A DNA stretch of 64,000 nt from an uncultured Nitrososphaeraceae archaeon (GCA_963825865.1 CAWGVG010000027.1:121477-185476); one strand, 5' to 3'; positions 11,656-21,973 are shown, numbered from the stretch's first letter. Notes: generated by a model from the sequence alone, not told the origin. A program made the numbers and translations.

Positions 11656-12312
11656 TTGAGCATTCCAGAAGCGAAATTTAAAATCAATGTTAAAGAAGGC
11701 ATCGTTGAGTTAGAAGGTAACAAGAACTTTGTAGACAAGCACCTGGATAAATTCGAAGAAATTTTCAAGAGTGCAATAAGAGATACTATCGCACAAGGAA
11801 TTGAGCACAATCTTGCTACCAAAAATGCTTCACCCTTGTTAGGATCAAATATTGAAAAAGGAATTGACACATCTACGCACCAAGTAATCAAAACACATAA
11901 TAATAATACTAAACACATAACAAAACAATCCCTTACTCTGCCTCCTATTCCTGTAGATTTAAAAGCAAATGGGAATAAAATTGGCCTAAGGGAATTCTAT
12001 GCCGAAAAGAAACCAGTTAATCATTATGAAAAGACTCTTGTATTTGTATATTATATAACAAAGTTTAACAGGAAAGCAGAGGTTAAATTCGGTGAAATTT
12101 TATCTTGTTATGAAGAGGTAGACGAGAAAAAACCTAGCATCACTGACATTATCAAAAACTCTATCAGATATAAGGGGTGGTTGGAACAGGGTTCTGATAA
12201 ATTCACTACTCGTCTGACAATCTCTGGAGAAAACCTTGTAAAGTTTGATTTGCCACAACAAAAAAAGACAACAATTGAACAATCAACTACTGTACTCCTC
12301 CCAAATAGCTAA
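11656..12312 (+). CDS. Hypothetical protein, probable C-terminal winged helix
   Basis: Intact 218-aa ORF; C-terminal KGWLEQGSDKFTTRLTISGENLV resembles a wHTH wing. Confidence 0.65.
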   Translation: MSIPEAKFKINVKEGIVELEGNKNFVDKHLDKFEEIFKSAIRDTIAQGIEHNLATKNASPLLGSNIEKGIDTSTHQVIKTHNNNTKHITKQSLTLPPIPVDLKANGNKIGLREFYAEKKPVNHYEKTLVFVYYITKFNRKAEVKFGEILSCYEEVDEKKPSITDIIKNSIRYKGWLEQGSDKFTTRLTISGENLVKFDLPQQKKTTIEQSTTVLLPNS

Positions 12313-12331
12313 ACCATACCCAAGTTCTCTA

Positions 12332-12883
12332 CTATGCTCGCCACCAGTCAAAGCTTACGAAATCGACCTTTCTTTCTTTGATCTTTGGAATTGCTAATAT
12401 AAACTGCTTCTTGACTGTTGTAGCCAATCTGCCTGCAAGCACAATGCCAGTAGCTGTCATGTGATCTGTCGGTTTAAAGACTTGAACCAAGTATGGAGCG
12501 TGGTCAATTCCTGGCCCATGCTCATATACTGCAAAATCGCAGCCAAATTTGATCCCCGGAGATACTACGTATCCCTTGTCTCTTAAGCTTTGAAAAACTA
12601 GATATTTTGTATCAAAGTCAACATATTCCTTTCTGCAAATAGCTTTAATATCTCTAAATGATATCTGCTTGCCGTCAACACAAGATACTTTTAATTTACC
12701 AGTCTGAACAAGATAACACCCCTCAATCAAATCTAAAATCAAAGGAGTATCAAATTGGGTTCCTTTTGGTTTTGGAACGCCTAATGGTTTGCCATAATAG
12801 CCATTCCCAAATAGCGTACGAGATTCCTCTATATTCCAGACAACTATTCTGTTTTCTACCAATTTCCCAATAACAGGATTCAT
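12332..12883 (-). CDS. endA: tRNA-splicing endonuclease, catalytic subunit
   Basis: LRDKGYVVSPGIKFGCDFAVYEHGPGIDHAPYLV; GRLATTVKK. Confidence 0.95.
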   Translation of the reverse strand: MNPVIGKLVENRIVVWNIEESRTLFGNGYYGKPLGVPKPKGTQFDTPLILDLIEGCYLVQTGKLKVSCVDGKQISFRDIKAICRKEYVDFDTKYLVFQSLRDKGYVVSPGIKFGCDFAVYEHGPGIDHAPYLVQVFKPTDHMTATGIVLAGRLATTVKKQFILAIPKIKERKVDFVSFDWWRA

Positions 12884-13536
12884 TACATACTCAGTGCTAG
12901 AATAGTAAACGAATCAGATGCTTCTTGGCATTTGTCAGCCATACCTTCAATTCCCTCTATTGCATCCTTCAAAAGTAAGAGATCCTTTGTAGAAGAAATC
13001 TCATTAAGTGCTTTTATAATGACAGCTCTATATTTAGCATCAATTCGACGCTCTAATTTCTGAACTTCCTGGGCAAGTTCAATTGTAATGGCTGGATTTA
13101 TACTCAATGCACGTGCCATCTCATTTAATTTGAAAATTGCATCCACGACCATTCCAATTAGCTGTTTAATATCTTCATCAAATTTTCCCTTCTTTAAAGA
13201 AGAGATTTTCATGTTTCCAAGTCTAAATGCGATTCCACTGATGTAGCCCGCGATATCATCCATAATGTAAGCAGTTCTTAGAATGTCCTCTCTGTAAACC
13301 ATAAGACTTCCTATCTCAGCAACTTCTCGTGTAATCTTTCTACGAAGATTCTCTACCTCTTCCTCAGCATTTCTCATGCGCTCGAGGCACGCATGAATAT
13401 CTTCATTGTCTCCCTTGATGAGAGAAGCAGTAAGTGTTGACAACTCCCTAGCTGAATTTAAAATTCTATTGATTTCATCATGTAAAACTGCTAAAGCTTT
13501 TCGTTTAGCCTGAACTTCCAATTCGCCGCTATACAT
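12883..13536 (-). CDS. DUF47/PhoU-like phosphate transport regulator
   Basis: Helical, EEEVENLRR...REDILR..MDDIA..LERRIDAKYR..EGMADKC pattern. Confidence 0.8.
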   Translation of the reverse strand: MYSGELEVQAKRKALAVLHDEINRILNSARELSTLTASLIKGDNEDIHACLERMRNAEEEVENLRRKITREVAEIGSLMVYREDILRTAYIMDDIAGYISGIAFRLGNMKISSLKKGKFDEDIKQLIGMVVDAIFKLNEMARALSINPAITIELAQEVQKLERRIDAKYRAVIIKALNEISSTKDLLLLKDAIEGIEGMADKCQEASDSFTILALSM

Positions 13537-13594
13537 TTTGTATAGAAAATACGTAATCAGGCTAATAATTCTTTTGACAGATACAATGCGTTAT

Positions 13595-13850
13595 CTACTT
13601 ACTACAGAAGGAATATTGCTATTAGTTTTCCAAATATATTTGAAGGAGAGAATTATGATCCAGATCTGATTGCGAAACTGGCAATAGATGAGAAGATATC
13701 GGGAATATTCGATGTCTTGATGATAGCGTTAAGGAATATGCTATTAAATGCCAGTGCCATTTTCATTAACGATAAAAACAATACAGACGTGTAGAGAAAG
13801 ATATGATATGGCCGCAATCCTATTGGTTCATTTATAAAAAAATAGAGTTG
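13595..13850 (+). pseudogene. Relic of a D5/SF3 primase-helicase C-terminal region
   Basis: YYRRNIAISFPNIFEGENYDPDLIAKLAIDEKISGIF aligns by eye with FFARLIIVNFPNQFLGDKADPYLIDKLTTGQELSGLF of the 44305-46636 protein. Confidence 0.75.
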
Positions 13851-14172
13851 CACTTTGACGGTTATTTTTCTCGTAAATTTATGCTCAAATCACTAGTGAT
13901 ATGATTTAGCATCCGACATCACTCAGGGTTGTTTCTAACGGGTTGCAATGGTTCATTAGTGACATAATCTCCTCAGGTAAACAAATTTTTTAACTTCATC
14001 TAACTATTGGGTTGAAAAAGGAACTCGACTCTTATAGAGTGTCTGATTTTTATTACAATAGATGTTAATTTGCTAATTACGGAAGTCATGTCGATCTTAT
14101 TTTGAAATCAACTGTTGTGACCGAAGAATTAATTTTATTTCTAAGGAAAAAGCAAAATGTAGTTAAGGAACT

Positions 14173-15201
14173 TCAATAACTTGTTCTAATCACTACCAGT
14201 TTATCCATACCAGACTCTGCTCCCCATATCTCTCCTAGCCGTCCCAGAATTTGACGCACGTTGGCCCCTGGGCTGGGTAGGCCAAATACCTCAAATTTTT
14301 CCTTACTAGGATCAAATCGCACTATTGCATTCGTACCAAAATCGCTCAGCCACACCATATCCTTCTCATCTACATACACAGCATATGGCATTGTATTGTT
14401 ACCTGGTAGCCTCCACTCTCGCCAATCCTTAGTAGCAGGATCATAAACGGCCAACTTTCCTGCATTCCACTCACTAATCCAAAGTCGTCCATGTGAATCA
14501 GGCCAGATGCGCCTAGCGCCTTGGTCTGGCGTCGGCGGCTGTATCACAGTGGCACTTCGGGTTTTTAAATCAATGTGAGCTATGTAGTTTCCGGCCAACG
14601 AAGCATAATAAACGCTGCCATCCGGTGTTGTTGTAATGCCATACGGTCCAGGCCCGCCAGGTGCCTTGAACACTTCTACCTTTCCCGCGACCGGGTCAAG
14701 TCGGCCGTAAATACCGCTTTGTCCTGTAAACCAGATGACGCCGCTATGATCAAACGTAGCTGTGTTTAGGTTAGCGTAACTGCTATTCTGAGGCAGTGGA
14801 AACACCCGCACTTTTTCTGTCACAGGATCAACGCGCACGATGGCATTTAAGCCACAGTCTGTAATCCATGGAGCGCCATCTGGCCCGACAATAACGCCAT
14901 GTGGAGCTGAGCCTTGACCGAGTGCTATGCTATGCGTCTTGCCGGTACCTGGATCTAATCTTCCCAATTCACCCGACCCTTGAGCCGTATACCACACAAT
15001 TCCGCCCGGCGCAGGTGCAACGTCGTGTGGACGTGAGCCTGATGGAACAAGGAATTCTTGCGGCATCGGCTTGGATAATCTTTGTTTGACTTGTGCATGT
15101 GAAGTTTGTTGTTCTGTTGCTATTGTAATAATGATTATAGAAGCAACCAATAGTGAGGATATTACTGATGAAAAACCAATCACAGCATGTCTTTTAGTCA
15201 T
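14173..15201 (-). CDS. Virginiamycin B lyase (Vgb)-family beta-propeller with N-terminal membrane anchor
   Basis: Repeated PH/PYG..GPDG..W blades (SRPHDVAPAPGGIVWYT, SAPHGVIVGPDGAPWITD, GPYGITTTPDG). Confidence 0.85.
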   Translation of the reverse strand: MTKRHAVIGFSSVISSLLVASIIIITIATEQQTSHAQVKQRLSKPMPQEFLVPSGSRPHDVAPAPGGIVWYTAQGSGELGRLDPGTGKTHSIALGQGSAPHGVIVGPDGAPWITDCGLNAIVRVDPVTEKVRVFPLPQNSSYANLNTATFDHSGVIWFTGQSGIYGRLDPVAGKVEVFKAPGGPGPYGITTTPDGSVYYASLAGNYIAHIDLKTRSATVIQPPTPDQGARRIWPDSHGRLWISEWNAGKLAVYDPATKDWREWRLPGNNTMPYAVYVDEKDMVWLSDFGTNAIVRFDPSKEKFEVFGLPSPGANVRQILGRLGEIWGAESGMDKLVVIRTSY

Positions 15202-15278
15202 TTAACTTCCTTCTGATTCAGTATAATACATAGGGTTATTATAAACAATAAAACATTACTATTAAAATATAATCGATT

Positions 15279-15763
15279 ATGATCGGTTATTTTTTTACAC
15301 AACCTGCAAACATAGGAAAAACACTATCTGTCACTACGAGCGTTAACGCTACTTTAGCCGTTGCTCCCCTAATGATAGGAAATCAATTTTATCAAAAAAG
15401 AGGTACGGTTACAACTCAACAAGTAGTAGATGTCAATGGACCTGTGCTTGAAAACTTACGTAGCAAATGGAATGCTGAGGAGTAGTATCCCTGTAACGAA
15501 TATCTGGACCATCCATGTTACTGTCAGGCCTAGCGGCATATTTTTGGTGAAAGGACAAGGAGTAATACTAGATATGAATGGTAACTTGGACTTCACATGG
15601 ACTAGGACATTTATCACAGGGTAAATTAGTAGTAATTGGCTCTAATTTCGATACATCTTCAGCTGGAAGTCTGGCTTTCCTTAATAACATGGTTGGTGTA
15701 TTCAGGCAAGTAGCAAGTCACTCAACCAATAACGTAGCATCCAAAGTCTGGGAATTAAGATAA
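15279..15763 (+). CDS. Hypothetical secreted-type protein (split by indels or decayed)
   Basis: Three overlapping short ORFs that read as one beta-rich protein ending VASKVWELR. Confidence 0.5.
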
Positions 15764-15972
15764 GGAATAAAAAGTAGATAATCATAATAATAATACATTC
15801 TACATTTTTTAAAATCATCATATGACTTGATGATAACATCTCTGGCAAGAAATTATTTGTATTCTTAATGTTTAATACATGCATTTTAAACAGGAGATTC
15901 ACCAACCATTTTTGAACGATTCTTTCTTTAGAACAACTTTAGATTCAACAGAACAATTTTGCGGTATTTGTA

Positions 15973-16992
15973 TTATTGCCTATGATCGAAAATCGTATCC
16001 CTTATTTCTATTAAATCTCTAAGAACTGCGCTAGCGGTCTCCATACCACCTGCCCCACGTCCAATTATCGTCTGCTGTCCTGAATGTTCAGATGAAAAAG
16101 TTATTGCATTTAATGTTCCATTCACACACGTGGGATCGATTTTCGATATCTCTCTAGGTTCTACATTAAGATGCTTGTTATCACACATTGCAATCAATTT
16201 GATAGCATTGCCCCTCTTATGAGCTCTTTGTATATCAGAAAGCTTAACTTCTCTAATACCAACTCTATTGACATCTTTCATAGTGACTTTCATATTCATT
16301 ATCCAATTAGCCATGATTACGAGTTTGGCTGCAGCATCGTATCCATCAATATCAAGAGATGACTGTGCTTCAGCATACCCTTTATGCCTTGCATCATCTA
16401 GAGCGTTTTCAAAAGTCAAACCTTCTTCCATTCTGCTTAAAATGTAGTTTGTAGTTCCATTTAAAATTCCTTTAAACGACATTATTCTATCGCCTTTCAG
16501 ACATCGCTTTGCAAATTCTAAAATCGGAGTGCCTCCACCTACAGTCCCACTGAAGCGAAGCATGACACCATTATAATTAGCTAATTCTATCAACGAAGGA
16601 AAAGCCAAGGCGAGAGGACCTTTGTTTACAGTAATGATATGTTTGCCTGATCTCATTGCTGATGTGATATGGGAAATACCAGGCTCTCCATCATTCAGAT
16701 CTGTAGGTGTTAATTCAAGGAGCATTTCTGCATCTACATTTTCGATTACATGAAAAGAATCGAATTTAGAATTTTTCTTTTCATATTCTCCAATCGTACC
16801 TTTGGATTTCTTTACATCAAGCAATCTTTGAAGATCAAGACCTGTTGGGGAAATACTAGAGCCTTTCCTATCAACGCAAGCAACAATACGAGGTTTAATA
16901 CCGTATAGACTATACAACTCTGCAGAACGAGATAACAGTAATTTTGCAAAGTTCTGACCAACAGCTCCAAAGCCAACTACAATTAATCGCAA
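15973..16992 (-). CDS. hom: Homoserine dehydrogenase
   Basis: VGFGAVG, TVNKGPLA, GTVGGGTP, GILNGTTNYIL, GYDAAAK, GRGAGGMETASAV. Confidence 0.96.
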   Translation of the reverse strand: MRLIVVGFGAVGQNFAKLLLSRSAELYSLYGIKPRIVACVDRKGSSISPTGLDLQRLLDVKKSKGTIGEYEKKNSKFDSFHVIENVDAEMLLELTPTDLNDGEPGISHITSAMRSGKHIITVNKGPLALAFPSLIELANYNGVMLRFSGTVGGGTPILEFAKRCLKGDRIMSFKGILNGTTNYILSRMEEGLTFENALDDARHKGYAEAQSSLDIDGYDAAAKLVIMANWIMNMKVTMKDVNRVGIREVKLSDIQRAHKRGNAIKLIAMCDNKHLNVEPREISKIDPTCVNGTLNAITFSSEHSGQQTIIGRGAGGMETASAVLRDLIEIRDTIFDHRQ

Positions 16993-17343
16993 GTCAAGTA
17001 CTGAGCATTGGATTGGGATTAATAAGTTTAAAACAAGTAAATTCCTAAAGCTAGTTACCATTTATTATTAATTACTGCTGCAATTCCAATTTGCCTTATC
17101 TCAAAATTAAAACTAGCCATATCAAAAGTAAATTTATTTGTTTAATCTCCTGTTTGTACCACATTGTTGGAAACTGAATAGTTGGAATAAGAATGAAAGT
17201 TAAAGTATGATGATTTAAGTTGAGATTATGATTCAAATAATAATTTTCTGTTTTTCTTTATTGGTCATAATCATAATTCTGACCTAATACAATTGGTTGT
17301 TGGTTCTTATAAAATTCTTTGAAATTATTGCATTAGAATGTTC

Positions 17344-17661
17344 TTATTTTCGAATGGGTTCACTTACGATTGAATCTTCTTCTTCTGAAGAAGTCAAATC
17401 TGGAAAATCTCCAATTTTAGGCAAAAGACGAAGAAGATGTGCATATTTGTCTAAGAATAGTAACCCTGCTTCTGTTGTTTTGTACAGACCAGTGACATTA
17501 GAATATTCCACTAAACCTCTTTCTACTGCAATGGCAAGATATCTAATCAATTGTGAATGTGAGACTGCCGCATTATTCATAATTGTAGTTTTGTATTCCC
17601 AATTTGTTGTTGCTGCATCTAGTATAGATGCCATAACTTCTATCTCTGATCGATTCTTCAT
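17344..17661 (-). CDS. Winged-helix transcriptional regulator (HTH_45/DUF4364-like)
   Basis: MKNRSEIEVMASIL...KTTIMNNAAVSHSQLIRYL...YKTTEAGLLFL. Confidence 0.85.
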   Translation of the reverse strand: MKNRSEIEVMASILDAATTNWEYKTTIMNNAAVSHSQLIRYLAIAVERGLVEYSNVTGLYKTTEAGLLFLDKYAHLLRLLPKIGDFPDLTSSEEEDSIVSEPIRK

Positions 17662-17768
17662 ATTTTTTTAATACCTCCTCTCTTCCTCCCACTACCTCTA
17701 ATTTTTTTCCTTGTTTTGCCTTTCTTTTTTATCGATAAAAGGTTGCTAGACAAACTATGACGACAATA

Positions 17769-17792
17769 TTGTTGTCAATGTTTTGACAACAA
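17769..17792. promoter_or_regulatory. Perfect 10-4-10 inverted repeat, putative operator
   Basis: ttgttgtcaa-tgtt-ttgacaacaa between two divergent wHTH genes. Confidence 0.6.
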
Positions 17793-17970
17793 CATATATC
17801 ATTATTCATAATATGAATGCAATTATATATTTTAAAATATATGTATGAACATATCTTTTTATAGATAATACAGATTCTATATGAATGATAAAAATACTAT
17901 AAGAACAGAAAAATTATTTACTAGAATACTTAATGACGATGTTTTTATCTAATCTGACTAATGCAATAAT

Positions 17971-18354
17971 GTGAAAAATAGAAGTAGAATGGAGATAACT
18001 GCACTCATTCTACAAATTGCTATTGATGGTGTATCTGCGAGAAAATTGATATATAAAGTATACTACCTGTCATATCAACAGTTGAGAGAATACCTAGCGG
18101 TCCTACAAGAGAATGGTTTGTTAATGGGATATGAGCAAGAAGATCTAACTTTTATAACAACGGAAAAAGGACAAAAATTCTTACAAATCTATACAGAATT
18201 AAATGATGTGGTTGCCATGACTAACGCTGGAAATATTAATACTGCTTTTCATGATGTATTATTAACAAATGCTCATATCGTTGAATATGCTGTTTGTTGT
18301 GTTCGCTATTTAATAACTACATTTAAATCTGTACTTCACATTATATTAAATTGA
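17971..18354 (+). CDS. Winged-helix transcriptional regulator (HTH_45/DUF4364-like)
   Basis: MKNRSRMEITALIL...YLSYQQLREYL..LQENGLL...ITTEKGQKFL. Confidence 0.85.
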   Translation: MKNRSRMEITALILQIAIDGVSARKLIYKVYYLSYQQLREYLAVLQENGLLMGYEQEDLTFITTEKGQKFLQIYTELNDVVAMTNAGNINTAFHDVLLTNAHIVEYAVCCVRYLITTFKSVLHIILN

Positions 18355-18435
18355 ATATACGTATTAATATTGTCCAAATAGGCTAATACAGCCATACAGA
18401 CGAATTGAATTATATAAAAAATAATAACAAAGTGG

Positions 18436-19266
18436 TTGATTGAGCACTTACTATTTATCATATCAAAACTAACAGCATTAAAGGAACAGTGCTATCTATT
18501 GATCGAGATCATTATAATTTTAATCATTGTAGGCCTAGGAGCAGGCACGCTAGGATCTATGATAGGTGTAGGTGGTGGGATCATAATGACACCTGTGCTA
18601 GCTTTTATAGGGCTTATGCCATCCCATATAGCTAGCACAAGTTTAATTGCAGTAACTTCTGCTAGTGTTTCTTCAACAATAGCATATTCAAAACAAAAAC
18701 GAATTGACTATGGGGTCGGGCTGAAAATGGCAGCTTTATCTATTCCCGGCGCTATCATTGGGGCATTCCTTTCAAGCGGAATATCAATAGGATCTTTCAA
18801 GGTATACTTTGCCATACTTTTGATGCTTACAGGAACATATATTGCATATAGAAATTCTATATTAAAAGAAAAGCCTGATACAAAGTCAAAATCAATGTCA
18901 TTTCATCTCTTGTTCTATGCTGGGTCCTTTGCTGCGGGAATCATCTCAAGTCTTTTTGGTGTTGGCGGTGGGATAGTTTTTGTTCCAATGATGATTATTA
19001 TACTCGGAATTACAATGCTGAGGGCAGGACCGACTTCACAGCTTACACTGCTGATCACATCCCTTGCTGGAGTGTTTACTCATGCTGTACTTGGGCATTC
19101 AGATTACATTTATGCCGTATCACTATCATCGGGTGCTTTTGTAGGCGGCCAGATCGGAGCAAGACTATCGCGTTGTATAAAAGAAAGCATATTGCAAAAA
19201 ATACTTTCGATATCATTGATAGCCGTTGCTGTAAAACTAATTTTTGATTTTATTTACAAGCAATAA
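18436..19266 (+). CDS. Sulfite exporter TauE/SafE family membrane protein
   Basis: Duplicated G.GGG...P motifs (MIGVGGGIIMTP, LFGVGGGIVFVP), about 8 TM helices; true start probably near 18500. Confidence 0.9.
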   Translation: MIEHLLFIISKLTALKEQCYLLIEIIIILIIVGLGAGTLGSMIGVGGGIIMTPVLAFIGLMPSHIASTSLIAVTSASVSSTIAYSKQKRIDYGVGLKMAALSIPGAIIGAFLSSGISIGSFKVYFAILLMLTGTYIAYRNSILKEKPDTKSKSMSFHLLFYAGSFAAGIISSLFGVGGGIVFVPMMIIILGITMLRAGPTSQLTLLITSLAGVFTHAVLGHSDYIYAVSLSSGAFVGGQIGARLSRCIKESILQKILSISLIAVAVKLIFDFIYKQ

Positions 19267-19382
19267 TAATTGAATTAAATAAATCTTTATTCAATACTCT
19301 TAGAATGTGAATATGTGCATATATCTTTCCCAATATGAACAATTGTCCTTAACAAGGGACATGTTCTAGTAATCTAATATTT

Positions 19383-19586
19383 TTAATTATAACCAGTTGT
19401 TAATGCACTTTTCCATTCTGAAATAACAGAATTATCATGTTTGTATGAATCATTTGCTCTTATGGTTTTAAGAGTTTTCTCTATATTAAATCTCTGAGAC
19501 AGATGAACAGAAAGCGATGCATGTTCTTTTGCTATGATGATATTTACCATTATATTGCATATGTTGCAACGAATTTTTTCCTCCAT
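19383..19586 (-). CDS. Small protein with putative C2H2-type Zn site
   Basis: CNIC...EHASLSVH. Confidence 0.55.
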   Translation of the reverse strand: MEEKIRCNICNIMVNIIIAKEHASLSVHLSQRFNIEKTLKTIRANDSYKHDNSVISEWKSALTTGYN

Positions 19587-19642
19587 TGCTACTCGGTGTA
19601 TCTTCAGTTGTATATATAAATGTCATAATTTATTAGTTAGTT

Positions 19643-20823
19643 GACGATTGGACATAAATCCAGACTCTATTTTTTGCAAATATATATTGATGAATTAGGC
19701 TAAAGCTATCCTTTGGATGTCTGAATTTGTGATGACATATAATAAAACATCCTCAAAGGACAGCACATGATAGTTCAGAATCCATCCTTATTGGTATTCT
19801 GTATTTGATAGGCTTGATACCATGGCCAGAATCACAAAAGATGAAAAAAAGAGGTAGACCATACGTCTATTCTTCTACTGTCATACTACGATGTTTCATA
19901 GTCAGATTGTGGTTTAGAATGGATTCTAACAACGCATTACATGAATTCCTAGGAATGGATTACCCTTACAATAAGAAGATAATGAAAAGATGTGGTCTTA
20001 CCCAAATACCAGATAGACGAACATTTGACAGACGTCTTAAGACCATATCCATAGACATCAAGGAAAGGATTGCTACTATGACTAGTCTATTAGTAAATGG
20101 GAAGATAATAGACCCTTATATTGTTGCAATAGATAGTACATTGCTCAAAGCCAGAGGACATGTTTGGCACAAATCATCTATGGATAAAGGAATAGTACCA
20201 CGTTCAGGTATAGATACAGATGCCAGGTGGGGATTCAGTCATACCAGAGGTTGGATATTTGGTTACAAACTACATTTGATATCAAGTACTGGTTCTACCA
20301 TAGTACCTTTAGAGCAGATTTTACAACTGCTAATGTACAGGATAATCAAATGTACAATCCTATGATATCATCATCATCATCATCTCTGTTCCTAGAAACA
20401 TGTTTCATGATAGGTGATTCTGGGTATGACGACAATAAACTATATGATTTGAGTACTAAAAAGAGGATTTGAACTGGTATGTCCAGTACAAAGGTACAAA
20501 AATACCCCAAAGAATAGACTAGAGCTGATACAATTCTATGAATCTGAGTTAGGACAGGCTATTTACTCTTGGAGAAGTAAATCGATAGAACCACTAATAG
20601 AACATATTAAATCTATTTTTAGAATAGACCCATTACCGGTAAGAGGCTATCAGAAGGCCGCTGGAATGGTACTTCTGTCAGGACTACTGTATCAAATCCT
20701 TGTCTACTACAATTATAAAACCAGACCTAGTCAACGACCAAAATCAATCAAACACATGTTATGTAGTTAATGCAGCACTAAATGATAGATGAAAAATATA
20801 GAAATGAATTATGCCCATGTCTC
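19643..20823 (+). mobile_element. Insertion sequence (~1.18 kb, DDE transposase, IS5/IS982-like) with 8-bp target-site duplication
   Basis: agttagtt at 19635-19642 and 20824-20831; imperfect terminal inverted repeats (gacgattggacataaatc / gagacatgggcataattc); transposase inside. Confidence 0.85.
19718..20770 (+). CDS. DDE transposase (several frameshifts; error or decay)
   Basis: KRGRPYVYS, PDRRTFDRRL, AIDSTLL, DTDARWG...FGYKLHLI, GDSGYD, R.KSIEPLIEHIK. Confidence 0.85.
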
Positions 20824-20947
20824 AGTTAGTTATAGTTATCTTTTTATTATTATAATATTATATATATGCCGCTAACATTTTAATTTGTTTTAAAATCACA
20901 TTTAGATGTAGTTAGTAACGTGTAATGAAACTATTTTCAACTTTTAT

Positions 20948-21047
20948 ATGCAAAAAGCATTTAAACAGAAAAAGACTTACTAAAATTGTATCATGCAAAA
21001 AGCATTTAAACAGAAAAAGACTTACTAAAATTGTATCATGCAAAAAG
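20948..21047 (+). repeat. 45-bp perfect tandem duplication covering a promoter/start region
   Basis: atgcaaaaagcatttaaacagaaaaagacttactaaaattgtatc x2, then atgcaaaaag at the ORF start. Confidence 0.9.
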
Positions 21048-21374
21048 AAATAGTTTCACAGATGATATTGAGTCAATTAATGAGTCTTAGTATTGGCACC
21101 GATGATGATGCATATTCGGTAAATTTGAACCAAATAAAGATGTGGATTATTCCCCAAAAGGCAGAACACGATGATAAATATGACATTAACCGTGGCTATT
21201 TTGAACTTTTAGGTACAGCAGACGTTGCATGATTTAATAATAAATGGCTATGTTAAATTGTCTTATCGTGAAGAGGCGGAAGAAGATGGAGATGGGCAGC
21301 TATTTACTCTCACTGAAAAAGGAATGAAGTATCTTGAAGAAAAAAACACTGCCGATCAGATGGAAATATGTTAA
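21038..21374 (+). CDS. Hypothetical wHTH-like protein (indel near 21220)
   Basis: Continues in another frame as LHDLIINGYVKL...QLFTLTEKGMKYLEE. Confidence 0.5.
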
Positions 21375-21450
21375 TATTGTTTGCAATATTATCAAAAACA
21401 TTCAAAAACCCCTGGATATAAATCTCACAGTCATCAGTTAGTAAGGTGAT

Positions 21451-21753
21451 GTGTATTTAGTTATGACTTCGACAAAGAAAGAGTTAAAACAAAAGGAAAA
21501 TCAAGAACGTCTGGCCAGTGCAGTAGCCACTCTGGATATAATAACTAAAAATAATAATATTCAGAGGAATATTAGAAATATGGTAAAGGAAGTCCTATTT
21601 GATATAAAGGAAGAAAAGGGCGGGAGCATATCTGTTCGAGCAGCAAATGCTATAAGTATGTTAGATGGTGTAACACAAAATCCCCAAATGCAGTCACATA
21701 TTAGAACTATGCTCTGGCAGGTCGTTTCAACTCTTGAAAGTATAAGAGAATAG
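21451..21753 (+). CDS. UPF0147 family protein
   Basis: RNIR...SVRAANAISMLD..TQNPQMQSHIRTMLWQVVSTLESI. Confidence 0.9.
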   Translation: MYLVMTSTKKELKQKENQERLASAVATLDIITKNNNIQRNIRNMVKEVLFDIKEEKGGSISVRAANAISMLDGVTQNPQMQSHIRTMLWQVVSTLESIRE

Positions 21754-21761
21754 AATCGTTA

Positions 21762-21905
21762 TTACTTTATCTCCGTGTTTTTGACGGGCTTTAACGGAGG
21801 CGGAAGTTTTTCAAGTTTATGTGTGGGGTTAGCAAGATAATGTCTCGACGCCCCTTCTCCACTAAGCACAATATTACAATTACTGCATCTATACCTTATT
21901 GCCAA
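21762..21905 (-). CDS. 47-aa putative C2H2 Zn-finger microprotein
   Basis: Manual: (M)AIRYRCSNCNIVLSGEGASRHYLANPTHKLEKLPPPLKPVKNTEIK; below the ORF-track cutoff. Confidence 0.6.
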   Translation of the reverse strand: MAIRYRCSNCNIVLSGEGASRHYLANPTHKLEKLPPPLKPVKNTEIK

Positions 21906-21973
21906 TTCTCTGTCCTAATTTTTATACTTTAAACATGGCTAAAAAGGCTGTGGATACAAAATGATATGAGTAA

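Noticed and set aside
21770-21870. GC-richer patch as a tRNA or ncRNA
   Set aside because: No cloverleaf or T-loop; better explained by the minus-strand Zn-finger microprotein.
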